NCBI GenBank assembly: GCA_963845755.1
Contig: CAWJTV010000011.1
Location: 960,001-1,024,000, forward strand
Direction of reading: 5' to 3'
DNA from: an uncultured Planctomycetota bacterium
Lineage (GTDB): Bacteria > Planctomycetota > Planctomycetia > Isosphaerales > Isosphaeraceae
Length of the DNA: 64,000 bases
In this document: piece after piece, positions 53,619 through 64,000 of the stretch
Numbering within the stretch: the stretch's first letter is position 1
Layout of the letters: the number at the start of each line of letters is the position of its first letter
Notes under the pieces: model-generated
Seen by the model: only the letters and a program-made list of their open reading frames with translations
What the model was told of the DNA's origin: nothing
Databases searched by the model: none
Program-made: the position numbers and the translations under genes

Positions 53619-55472
53619 ATGTCGGAATCCGAGGCTCAGCTCGATCGGAGAGGGTTTCTGCTCGGCTCCCTGGCCACCGTGGCGGTCGGGGCGATGGGGA
53701 TCCCTGCCGCTGTTCCCCCGGAAGCCGCCGGCTCCGCGCTCGCACCCACGGTCGAGGAGCGATCCCGCCAGTTCCTCAAGGAATACGTCAACGGCTGGCT
53801 GCCGCTGGAGACGGCGGCATCCGAGGCCAACTGGGCGGCGTCAACCGACGTGAGCGAGGCCCACACCGCCGCGCAGGTCGCCAGGAACCTCGAGGTGAAT
53901 CGCTATGTCGGCGCGCCGCGAGTCATCGACACGGTCCGCGACCTGCTGAGCCACAAGGACGTGCTCCCCGATGTACAGGTCCGCCAGCTCGAGAAGATCC
54001 GGCTCCGCGCCGCCGAGGCGCCGGGCACGATTCCCGAGGTCGTCAAGGCCCGCGCCGAGGCCGAGGCCAGGCAGGGCGCCACCCAGGATGGCTTCGCGTT
54101 CACGCTCCGTCGCGGAGACCAGGACACACCCGCCTCGGCCAACGACCTCGACCGGATCCTGGTCGAGTCGCGCGAGCTGAACGAGCGCCGCGCGGCCTGG
54201 GAGGCATCCAAGACGATCGGCCGTCCGCTCCGCGACGGCCTGCTGCGGCTCCGCGACATCCGGAACCAGGTCGCCCAGGCGATGGGCTTCGACGACTTCT
54301 TCGCGCTCCAGGTCGCCGATTACGGCATGACCGTCCCGGAGATGATGACGCTCTGCGACCGCCTGGTCGCCGAGACGAAGCCGCTGTACCAGCAGCTCCA
54401 CACCTGGGCCCGGCATGCCCTGGCGAAGCGCTATCAGGCCGAGGCCCCGCGCGACGGCAAGATGCCCGCCCACTGGCTCCCCAACCGCTGGGGCCAGAAC
54501 TGGCCCGGGCTGGTCGAAGGCGTCAACATGGACGCACCGTTCAAAGGGAAGCCCCGGGAGTTCATCACCGAGCAGGCCGAGCGTTTCTATACCTCGCTCG
54601 GGTTCCCCAGGCTGCCGAAGTCGTTCTGGGAGAAGTCCGACCTCTACCCGGCCGACCCGAAATCCGGCCGCAAGAAGAATAGCCACGCCAGCGCCTGGCA
54701 CATCGACCTGCGCGAGGACGTCCGCAGCCTGATGTCGATCGAGCCCAATAGCCGATGGTTCACCACCGCCCATCACGAATTGGGCCATATTTACTACTAC
54801 ATTAGTTATTCGACGGCCGGCGTCCCCTACCTGCTCCGCGCCGGGGCGAATCGTGCATTCCACGAAGGGATCGGCGACCTGATCGGCCTGGCGGCCGGTC
54901 AGCGGCCGTATCTCAAGCAGGTTGGCCTCCTGGCACCCGAGGCCGAGAAGGCCGAGCCGGTGACGTTCCTGCTCGACACCGCGCTCGACGGCTCGTCGGT
55001 CGTCTTCCTCCCCTGGTCGGCCGGCGTGATGACGCATTTTGAACGCGACTTCTATGCCGGCAAGATCTCCGACGGCGCCCTGAACGCTGCATGGTGGGAA
55101 TTGGTCGGCCAGTACCAGGGGATCACCCCGCCGGGCGAACGCCCTGAAACCCTCTGCGACGCGGCCACGAAGACGCACATCAACGACGACGCCGCGCAGT
55201 ACTACGACTATGCGATCGGGACCGTGATCAAGTTCCAGCTCCACGATCACATCGCCCGTGAGATCCTCAAGCAAGACCCGCGGGAGTGCAACTACTACGG
55301 CAACAAGCGGGTCGGCGACTTCCTCCGCGGCATCCTCGCGGCCGGCGCGACGAAGGATTGGAATGCCGTACTACGCGAGGCGACCGGCGAGGGAGTCTCC
55401 GCCCGCGCCCTGGTCGCCTATTTTGCGCCACTGGCCCAGTGGCTCGAGCACGAGAACCGGGGACGCTCTTGA
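53619..55472 (+). CDS. M2 metallopeptidase (ACE-like peptidyl-dipeptidase), Tat signal
   Basis: AAGGAG RBS; DRRGFLL; PAHWLPNRWGQNW, HASAW, HHELGH, GANRAFHEGIGD. Confidence 0.92.
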   Translation: MSESEAQLDRRGFLLGSLATVAVGAMGIPAAVPPEAAGSALAPTVEERSRQFLKEYVNGWLPLETAASEANWAASTDVSEAHTAAQVARNLEVNRYVGAPRVIDTVRDLLSHKDVLPDVQVRQLEKIRLRAAEAPGTIPEVVKARAEAEARQGATQDGFAFTLRRGDQDTPASANDLDRILVESRELNERRAAWEASKTIGRPLRDGLLRLRDIRNQVAQAMGFDDFFALQVADYGMTVPEMMTLCDRLVAETKPLYQQLHTWARHALAKRYQAEAPRDGKMPAHWLPNRWGQNWPGLVEGVNMDAPFKGKPREFITEQAERFYTSLGFPRLPKSFWEKSDLYPADPKSGRKKNSHASAWHIDLREDVRSLMSIEPNSRWFTTAHHELGHIYYYISYSTAGVPYLLRAGANRAFHEGIGDLIGLAAGQRPYLKQVGLLAPEAEKAEPVTFLLDTALDGSSVVFLPWSAGVMTHFERDFYAGKISDGALNAAWWELVGQYQGITPPGERPETLCDAATKTHINDDAAQYYDYAIGTVIKFQLHDHIAREILKQDPRECNYYGNKRVGDFLRGILAAGATKDWNAVLREATGEGVSARALVAYFAPLAQWLEHENRGRS

Positions 55473-55486
55473 ATTCTCCGGATTCG

Positions 55487-55551
55487 GTAGGGTGCTCCGT
55501 GAGGACCGGGGCGGGCGGGCTCGACTCTTCGATGCTCACAGAACGCCCTAC
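55487..55551. repeat. inverted GTAG REP pair between convergent genes
   Basis: GTAGGGTGCTCCGTGAG and CTCACAGAACGCCCTAC (14/17 inverted); related units at 49290-49310 and near 36273. Confidence 0.55.
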
Positions 55552-55586
55552 GAACCGCCCTCGAGGCTTCTCGTACACCCTCTGAA

Positions 55587-56261
55587 TCAGTAGTCCCTCT
55601 TGTCCGATCGAGCCGCGTATTCTTTCCACACATCCACCGCCTCCGAACGCAACAAGCTTGCCTCAGGCATGGCGCGCTCCGCGGTCGGTTTCAGCAACTG
55701 CGCGTAGATGAATTCGTCATCAAAGTTGCCGTACTTCTTGGAATCGCCGGCGGTCGCCCCGTAAACGATGCCATCCAGCGCGGCCCAGTACGACGTAGCC
55801 AGGCACATCGGACACGGTTCGGAGGACGTATAAAGAATACAGCCGTCGAGTTTCGGCGTTTTTAGCAGGGCGCACGCCTCGCGAATGGCTTGCATCTCGC
55901 CGTGCCATGTGGGGTCGTTCTGGGCGACGACGTGATTCATACCGTCGGCGATCACGGTCCCGTCCTTCGTCACGATCACCGCACCGAAGGCGCCACCCGT
56001 CTTGTACTCCACACCGGCCTTCCGCGAATTGGCAATCGCCCGGCGCATGAATTCTTCGTGCTTCGCCCTGGGGAAGCGCGCCATGATCTCTCCGACGCTG
56101 ACGGTGGCCTTGTCGCTGGGGACTTGAACGAACGCCATCGCCATCTGGGGCCTCGATGCCTGGACCAGCCAGAAGATCCCGAAGGCCAGGACGCCACCGA
56201 GGATCACACCCAGGCTGATCCGTCCTCTACGGGTTCTCAGACCCTCTTGAAGCGAGTTCAT
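55587..56261 (-). CDS. CDA-family nucleobase deaminase (guanine deaminase-like) with N-terminal TM/signal
   Basis: GAFGAVIV, NDPTWHGE, SEPCPMC, FDDEFIY. Confidence 0.85.
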   Translation of the reverse strand: MNSLQEGLRTRRGRISLGVILGGVLAFGIFWLVQASRPQMAMAFVQVPSDKATVSVGEIMARFPRAKHEEFMRRAIANSRKAGVEYKTGGAFGAVIVTKDGTVIADGMNHVVAQNDPTWHGEMQAIREACALLKTPKLDGCILYTSSEPCPMCLATSYWAALDGIVYGATAGDSKKYGNFDDEFIYAQLLKPTAERAMPEASLLRSEAVDVWKEYAARSDKRDY

Positions 56262-56538
56262 GAAGCGATCTCCTTAGAATTGGCACTGAAGGAGGGAGCG
56301 GAATCACCACATTCGGTTTGATGTGGCGAACATCATGCCGATTGCAACTGGCCGGGAGGCTGACATCGAGTCCCAGCTCAACCCTAGAACGCATGTTTCC
56401 ATGTGAGGGAGAAAAACCGACATGCGAAGGACAGGCGGCATCGCTCCCTTAGCCGCCGAACTGCTTCACCGGCCGCACGAGGCGGCCGGGGTCTGATCTC
56501 AGCTCTGATTTGCCATCCGCGGAGACTGAAGACCGGTC

Positions 56539-59500
56539 TTACTGTACCCCTTCGACCAGGGTATTCATGATGGCCTGGAACTCGGGCCGAGACTCCAGGA
56601 CCTTGATGTCGCGATCGGCCTTGATCGACTCGGACAGCTTGGGGTTGGCATCGATCGCGTCGCGGAGCAGGACGACGGTGCGCGTGAGGTGGATCCGCAG
56701 CAAGCGTGCGCGCTCCTCCTGATGGAGTTTCTCATCGCCGCCGGCCTGGGCGACCAGGCGCGCCAGGAGCCGGGCGGCATCGAAGCAGGCCTCCGGACGA
56801 TTGGCGGATGGGACGATCTTGGGCGCCTCGAGGGCCAGCCGGGCCGCGTCGTCGTAGGCGCCGAGCTTCCGGTTGAGCTCGGCCAGGTGGATGAGGTGCT
56901 CGGCCAGCTTGAGCCGGAAGACCGGGGCGTTGTTGCTGAGCCGGACGGCCTGGCGCTGGTGCTCCACGGCGGCCGTCAGTGCGGCCCGGGCATCGGCCGG
57001 CTTGCCGGTCCGATCCAGCCATTCCGCCTGCCCGTCCAGGACGACCCCGAACGCATAGTGAAACTCCATCGACCGGGGAGCCTCGGCCAGGACCTTGTCC
57101 AGGTTGGCGACCGACTGGGCGAAAAATGGCCCGGCCTCCCCCATGCGCCCGGCCGCGATCGCAGCTCGCGGGGCGTCGTTGTTCGGGACGATCGCCAGCC
57201 GTGGCCGCTGGTCCGGGCTGAGGAAATCGGCCAGGTTGTTCTGGGCGATCGCCAGGTTGTAGCGGTCGTTGAGCGTCCCCGCCTGGACCGGCCAGGAGCT
57301 TCTCCGAGATCGCGATCGATTGACGGAACGCGTCCTCGGCGCCGGCGCGGTGCAGTTGGCCCAGGTTACTGAGCACCTCGGCCTGGATGCGCAAGTTGTC
57401 GGACGTCGCGGAGTCGTCGGCTTTCGGAGCGAGCAAGGCCAGGGTTTGGCGATAGCGCGCCTCGGCCTGCTCGGGCCGGCCGGCACTCGCCAGGGCCGTC
57501 CCCAGGTTCTGGAGACAGCGGGCCTGGCCGATCCGGTAGTCGAGGTTTTGCGGATGATCGGCCACCAGCTTCTCGTAGAGTCCCAGCGCGGTCTCGAAGG
57601 CCGGCAGGGCCTTGGCCGGCTCGATCTCCTGCTGGGCGAGGCCCAGGTTGACCAGGTTCGTCGCCAGGGACTCGCGATACCGGGGCTTATCGGCCATCGC
57701 CTTGACCAGGGCCTCGTTGATCGATCGGGCCTGGAGGTAGGAAGGGATCGCCTGATCGAAGAGCCCCTTCTTGCGCAGGACCTCGCCGAGATTGTTGTGG
57801 TCCTTGGCCAGGTCGAGCCGGATCTGCACGTCGTCCCGGGACCTGGCGAGGATGGCGTCGTTGACGTCGATCGCGCGGCGGAGGAACGGCTCGGCGGCGC
57901 CGATCTGGCCCTGCAACTGGAGGACGTTGCCGAGGTTGGTCAGGGTCCGGGCCAGCTCGCGCTGATACTCGAGGCGGTCGGGGAAGTCCTGGGCCAGGCG
58001 GTCCACCAGGGGCAGCTCGCGGCGGAACTGGCGATCGGCATCCCCCAGGCGGCCCGAGTCCTGCTGGAGCATCCCCAGGCTATTGCAGGCCCGGGCCATG
58101 GCCTCGCGGTGGCGGGCGATGGTGGGGAACTCGGCGACCAGCTTGTCGAGCAACTGGAGGGCGCGCCGGAAATCTCCCTCGGCCTTGGTCGCATCGCCCA
58201 GCTCGCGGAAGATCCAGCCTCGGGCGTCGAACGTCCAGGCCAGCTCGTCGCGGATCTCGGCATCGCGCTTGACGTCCGCGGCCTGCGTGGCGGCGGCATG
58301 GGCCCGCTCGAGCTCGGCGATGGCCTGGTCGTAGACCGGTCCGGCCTGGGGATCCTTGCCGTTGAGCCGGAGCAGGTCGCCCTGACTCTTCAAGGTCTGG
58401 CCCAGGTGGAGGATGTCCTCGGTCGTGGCCGCCGGATCCTGCTTGATGTCGGCCAGGATCCGCTGGGCGGTTACCGCCTGCTGGTAGAGCTCATCGGCCT
58501 GACCTTTGTCGGCCCCACGGCGCACCAACAGGTCGGCCAGGAGGGTGCGGGTCCGGGCCAACGCCTGCTTCGCGCCCCGGCCCACATCGGCCCGGTCGGT
58601 CAATGGCAGGAGCATCTCGACGGCCTGGCGATACGCGTTCTCCGATTCGGCCAGCCGGCCCAGCTTGCGATGGATATCGCCCATCTGCTGGTAGGCCCGG
58701 CCGTGCTTCAGCCGTACCGACGGGTCGCGCGAGGCCCGGCTGGTGAATTGCTCGTAATAGGCCAGGGCGTTCTTGAGGAATTCCTCCTGGAGCGGGTCGA
58801 GTTTCTCGTCGAAGCCGATATCGGCGACCTTGGTGAGCAGGTTGACGGCGTTGCGGGCCTGCTGGCCCTGGGCCTCGGCCTCGTTGCGCTCCTGCGAGAC
58901 CAGAAAGGTACTGGTGCCCAGGGCGATCGTCCCGAGGATGAGCAGGCCGGCGGCCGTGGACACCAACGTCTTGTGCCGTCGGATCCACCGCGCGGCGCGG
59001 TGGGTCCAAGGTTCGGGGAACGCCTTGACCGGCTCGTCGGCCAGATGGCGGCGGACCTCCTGGGCCAGCTCGGTCGCCGTGGCGTAGCGATCGGCCTTCT
59101 CCTTTTGCAACGCCTTGAGGCAGACGGCCTCCAGGCCCGGCGCGATCTGCGGCACGATCTGGCGCGGCGAGGTCGGGGCCTCGTTGCAGACCTTCTTGAT
59201 CACCTCGGCGGTCTTCGGCGCGACGAACGGCGGCCGGCCGGTCAGGATCTCGTAGAGGATCGCGCCGAGGCCGTAGATATCGGTCCGCTGGTCGACCAGG
59301 TCATGGCGCGCCTGGGCCTGCTCCGGCGCCATGTAGGCCGGGGTCCCCAGCAACTGGCCTTGCATCGTCCCTTCGGGCCCGGCTCCCGACTCGGGGACGC
59401 CCCGATGGCCGGAATTCGAGCCGGGGTGCGCGCTGCCGTTGGAGCTGGGGGCCGGGTGCGCGCTGCCGTTGGAGTTGTGGCTCTGATCGGAGGCCCCTCC

Positions 59501-60522
59501 CGGGAGGGAGCCGGCGCAGGTTGCGTCATCCGGCGTCCCGGGTTGCCTGAAGTCGTCGTCGTCGGCGCCGGCGGCGCAGGTGACGGCGGTCCCGACCTCG
59601 GGGAGAAGTTGTTGCGCCGCGTCGTCGGGGGCGGTCACGCTCTCGCCCGGCATCGGCACCCGCGAAGGGTCCGGGCCGACGCGCTTGGCCAGCCCCCAGT
59701 CGAGCACGATGACCTCGCCGAAGTCGCCCAGGACGATGTTCTGACCCTTGAGGTCGCGGTGGATGATGCCCCGTGAATGGGCATAGGCCACGGCGTGGCA
59801 GACCGCGGTGAAGTTGGTGAGCAGGTCGACCAGTCCGACCGAGTCCGCCTGGCCGGCGACCCGCTTCTTGTGATACGCCCGGATCGCCTCGCTCAGCGTC
59901 CGGCCCCGCACGAACCGCATGGTGTAATACGGGACACGGCCCTCGCCCAGCTCGTAGACCGGCACGATCCCGGGATGCTCGAGCTGCGCCGTGATCTTGG
60001 CCTCGTAGAGGAATCGGGAGCAGACGATCGTGTTGTCCGACTGGTCGGGGCGCAGTTCCTTCAGCGCGATCTGGCGGCCCAGGGCGCCGTCGCGCGCAGC
60101 CAGACCCGGCCCATGCCCCCCTTGGCGTGCAGGTGGGTCAGCGTGTAACGCTCGCGGCTCTCCGTCTCGCCCGGCGACAGCGTGCCCAGCACGACGTGGC
60201 CGCCCTGCGCCTGCGCCAGCTTGCCCTCATTCACGCCGACCGCACCGGCGACCTCACCGATGGCCTCCAGCGACCGGCCGTCCATGGTCGCCGCCAGGGT
60301 CGCCTGGGGATCGCCCCCGTGGCTCTCCAGCTCCTGCGCCACGGTCTTCTCCAACTCGACTCGTTGCTCGTCGGTCATCAGTCCGCGATCGACCATCAGA
60401 TCGGCCAGTTCCTGCGTCGGCTCCGAGGCCCACGCCGCGCAGGTCTCGGCCAGACAATCCGCGTCGACCGCGCCGTTCTGGAAGGCCACGACGCCGAAAA
60501 GCAGGTTGCGCTCGGTATCCAT
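56539..60522 (-). CDS. Hanks-type Ser/Thr kinase with TM and many TPRs (frameshifts near 60090 and 57290)
   Basis: MDTERNLLFG, AKGGMGRVW, HRDLKGQN, DWG, GTPAYMAPEQ, DIYGLG. Confidence 0.9.
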
Positions 60523-60998
60523 GACAGCCTCACGATCGGGTCAGACAGAGCACCAGTCCAACGAATACGTTCCTCGAGGTCCGGTCCCGGACGATCCCAA
60601 GCCTCAGCTTCGAGTCGCCATCGCCGTCGATTCCTCGGACGCGATGGACCTGATCCGGAATCTCGATCCTGGATGACCGATCCGTCGGTTCTGGACCTCT
60701 TTCAAATCGCGTAGTTTAACGGATTTCCGACGAGTTGAGAAGCCTCCACCGGCCGGATCGCCGGGGGCAGGGCAGGAGGGGAAATGCGGAAGGTGGGACG
60801 TGGCATGAAGATGTGATGAGACCGAACGCAAGGGGGAGCCTGGCGGTCGCCGGGCTCGAATCTGGGGTCGGATTTCGCGGGAAATGAACTCAGAGTCCCC
60901 AAGAGAAGGGGGACTCTGAGACGGCCGGTGAGGGCGACGGGCCGGCATCCGTTCCGGCCCGGGACGGCTCGCCCTGAGGTTCTACGGTTTGCGGGGCC

Positions 60999-63075
60999 TC
61001 AATCCTTGTCGTCGTCCCTGAGAGCCTTCAACTCCTCGGCGAGCTTGGCGATCTGCGCCTCCAGGGCCGCGATGCGACGCTCGCGCCGGCGATCCCTGGC
61101 GGTCGCGGCCTCGTTGGCCGGCCTCGTCTTGCCTCTGGCCGTCTCGATCGCGGATCTCGCATTCCCGAGATCCTTGCGATTCTCGGCTCGTTTCATATCG
61201 GCGTCAACTTTCTTGTTCACGTCTTCAGCGATTTTCTTCGCGAAGTCGGAGCCGGCGCCGAACTTCGCTTCCATCTCCTTGCCGAGATCCTTCATGCTCT
61301 TCTCGAAGTCGGAGCCGGGGCCCAGCTTGCCTTCCAACTCCTTGCCGAGATCCTTCATCTTCTTCTCGAAGTCGGAGCCGGGTCCGAACCTCGCTTCCAT
61401 CTCCTTGCCCAGCTTTTTCATCGCCTTCTCGAAGTCGGAGCCGGGTCCGAACTTCGCTTCCATCTCCTTGCCCAGGGCTTCCATCTTCTTCTCGAACTCG
61501 GGGCCGAACTTGCTCTCGATCTCCTTTTCGATCTTCTCTCCCAGAGCTTCCATCTTCTTCTCGAAGTCGGGGCCGAACTTGCCCTCGATCTCCTTTTCGA
61601 TCTGGGAGAGGTCGAGATCCTTCTTGTCTTTCTTCACGTCGGCCTTGGCCTTGGCCTCAGCCTTGACTTTGGCCTTGGCCTTGTTTCGCGTCGGCCTGAG
61701 CCTTCCTGGCTTCGGCCCTGGCCTTCCTGGCTTCGGCCCTGGCCTTCGCCTTGGCCCGAGCATCATCGTCGTCATCGTCATCATCATCGTCGTCCGCATC
61801 GTCGTCGTCGTCATCGTCGTCTGCATCATCGTCATCGTCATCGTCGACGACGGAGGCGGTGGCGACCGGATCGACGGTCGTGGCCGGGGCCGCGATGGCG
61901 GGCGTTCCGTTCGATTCGTCCGCGACCGGCCGCGCGGCCGACCAGGACGGCAGGGCGAACACGGCCAGGAGGCACGCGATGAGGAGACTCAGGGGTGAGA
62001 GCCGGCAGGGTACGTGGTCGTGCAAGATCATCGTCAATCGCCTTTCGAAGAATCGGCCCGAGCCGGCGACACCCAGCGCGGGCGTGGGCGGCTTGGCCAG
62101 GGACAGGGTCGAACAGATCTGGAAGAGTGCTTCGGCGTAAGTCAGACGGTCCTTGGGGAGAGCCCAGACGACCCAGGCATCGCAGGCCAGCTCGGCTTCG
62201 GCGTCGAGTCGGGTGCGGGCCAGCCAGTAGACGGGGTTCCACCACCAGATCAGGCCGGCGGCCAGCTCGAGCCGGCTGACCCAGTGGTCGCCGCGGCGGA
62301 GGTGGGCCAGCTCGTGGGCCAGGATGCCGCGCCATCGCTCCAGGTCGAGCGATTTCACGAGTGGCGCCGGCAGGAGCAGCTTGGGCCGGCCCAGGCACCA
62401 GACCAACGGTGTACCCAGGTCGGGGACGACCAGAAGTTCGGGCACGCGGACGCCCAGCCACCGGCCGATCCGTTGCGCCTCATCGACCAGGTGGTCCGGC
62501 GCCGGCACGGCCGATCGGAGCCGGCGGTGAAACCGGACGATCCGAGCCGCTTGACCGAGCCCCAGCAGCACGCTCAGGGTTAACCAGGTGAAGATCAGCC
62601 CGCGCACCAGCCAGCCCGCGGCCGCCGGCACCTCGGCCGTGGCCGGTTGGTCCTGGGGGGATTCGGCGGCGATCACGATCGTCTCGTCCAGATCGTCCGG
62701 GAATTGTTGCGGAACACTCGCCAGGTCGCGGGCGTCGGGCCGAGACGAGGAGAGGTCGATGCGCCAGGGAATGACCGTGGAGGTTGTCGGTTCCGAGGGG
62801 AGCACCGGCGCGACCATCAAAGGGCACGGGACCGTGCGATCGGCCGCCAGGGATGAGGTGCGCACGGCCGTCGCCGCGAGGAGGGATCCGTCGCCGGTTC
62901 CCCAAGGGCTGGCCCAGGGCCAGCTCACCAGCGGCGGGGTCATCAACTTGATCAGGACCACGAGCCACAATGCGTGCCGGGCCGTCGGACCGATCGGCCG
63001 TAACCGGCTCGCCAGCGCCGCGACCACCGCCAGGCCCGACGCCACCAGCGTCGTCTCCGCGAACCATCCCAGCAT
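60999..63075 (-). CDS. BlaR1/M56 peptidase with poly-Asp, AK-rich and 21-aa repeat C-terminus (frameshift near 61690)
   Basis: ALWLVVLIKL, AHELAHLRRGD, WWNP, ELACD, FERRL. Confidence 0.88.
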
Positions 63076-63164
63076 CGGAGCACCTCCCGGTGAGTGTTCA
63101 GTCGGTGAGGAACCGACCGCGAGATCGTTTCTCGATCCACTGAAAACCGACAACTGAACACTGC

Positions 63165-63585
63165 CTACTGCGTCTGCTTCGATTTCGTCGGCGGGGGATC
63201 CCTGGGCCGCGGCCTCGTCGAGCAGCCGGCGCATCCGCGCCAACTCCTCGGCCGAGAAGCGGCCGCCCTGCACCAGGGCCAGGACCAGCGGCGCGGCGCG
63301 GCCGTCGCACAGCTCGTCCGCCGCGTCCTTGAGCCGGCGTTCCAGCAGCTCGTCCCGGGTGACCGTCGCGCGAAACACGTGCGGCACCATCGACGGGTCA
63401 CTGGCGACATATTGCTTGGCGGCCAACCGCTGGAGCAACGTCGCCACCGTCGTGTACGCCCATCGCCGGCCCCGTTGCGCCAGCTCGGCGTTGATCGCGC
63501 GGACCGTGCCCGGCCCCCGGTCCCACAGCACCCGCAGGACCTCGCGCTCCGACTCGCTCAGACCCGGCTGATTTCCCGTCCCCAT
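63165..63585 (-). CDS. BlaI/MecI/CopY-family repressor (3' end inferred across one indel)
   Basis: AGGAG RBS; LSESEREVLRVLW, AYTTVATLLQRLAAK. Confidence 0.88.
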
Positions 63586-63627
63586 GTCCGCTCCTACCGC
63601 ATCGTCCTGGTTTTCGCCGACGTCCAT

Positions 63628-63664
63628 CTACAATCTGTAGTAGGCAGATTACTACAAGCTGTAG
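63628..63664. promoter_or_regulatory. two BlaI-type operator palindromes
   Basis: CTACAATCTGTAG (63628-63640) and CTACAAGCTGTAG (63652-63664) upstream of the repressor. Confidence 0.7.
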
Positions 63665-63798
63665 GAGGATTCAAGAGCAATTCGCGGGGAGTGGGAAAAT
63701 ATTTCCGGGGGGGAGATGGCCGGAAAGCCGGCGCGGGAAACCCAACGGCCGGATAGAATCGAAGTCTCGAGAGATCCGTCCCTCGTGGGGAGGTGGCC

Positions 63799-64000
63799 AT
63801 GGTCAAGGAACCGGTCATTCGCAAGCTGATCATCCAGGGCTTCCGGAGCTTCTGCTCGGAGGTCGTGGAGTTCGATAATCCCACGGTCCTGGTGGGCCAG
63901 AACGGGTCGGGGAAGAGTAACCTGATTGATGCGCTGGCGTTTCTGAGCGAGGCGATGGTGAACCCGCTAATGCAGGTAATCGCTCGACGCCATGGCCAAC
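63799..64000 (+). CDS. SMC/RecF-like AAA ATPase, partial
   Basis: GGAGG RBS; IQGFRSF...LVGQNGSGKSNLIDAL. Confidence 0.85.
   Translation, partial: MVKEPVIRKLIIQGFRSFCSEVVEFDNPTVLVGQNGSGKSNLIDALAFLSEAMVNPLMQVIARRHGQ

Noticed and set aside
61240..61600. Regular 63-bp repeats as a possible CRISPR array
   Set aside because: There are no unique spacers, and the repeats are in-frame coding units with synonymous variation.
61657..63627. Apparent BlaI-BlaR1 in-frame fusion (656-aa ORF)
   Set aside because: One indel in the G-run near 63195 would end BlaI at TAG 63165. The linker looks intergenic (heptamer repeats) and M56 has its own GGAGG+ATG at 63075, so this is probably a sequencing artefact.

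Overview
GC-rich bacterial DNA whose gene content points to a planctomycete (Isosphaeraceae-like): ECF sigma factors with huge C-terminal extensions, TPR Ser/Thr kinases, DUF1080, Tat-exported enzymes and BlaI/M56. Many genes carry single-base frameshifts, mostly consistent with unpolished long-read errors. Two things stand out. (1) A nested mobile-element stack at 4.0-9.3 kb. A complete group IIA intron (4056-8950) sits in a composite palindrome/IS-end target, with EBS1/EBS2/delta pairings visible in the sequence and a second, empty copy of that target at about 40.5 kb. Its RT gene is split by a 2457-bp large-serine-recombinase element. Precise excision of that element would restore the RT and would also, at the circle junction, join an AGGAGG+ATG in frame to the element's small head ORF. 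(2) An operon at 21.4-26.0 kb: a tetraether-synthase (Tes/MJ0619)-like radical SAM gene, four paralogous zinc-ribbon membrane proteins ending in a conserved ALx[IV]ALxxxC motif, a polytopic membrane protein and an Lgt-like transferase. This is a candidate undescribed protein-lipidation/lipid-crosslinking system. The window also holds an IS4-family element inserted in a REP-like palindrome inside a MITE, several other MITEs and IS remnants, and ordinary genes (surE, cynS, GH53, an Rmd-like SDR, an ACE-like M2 peptidase). All family assignments come from motif recognition by eye; no database searches were run.
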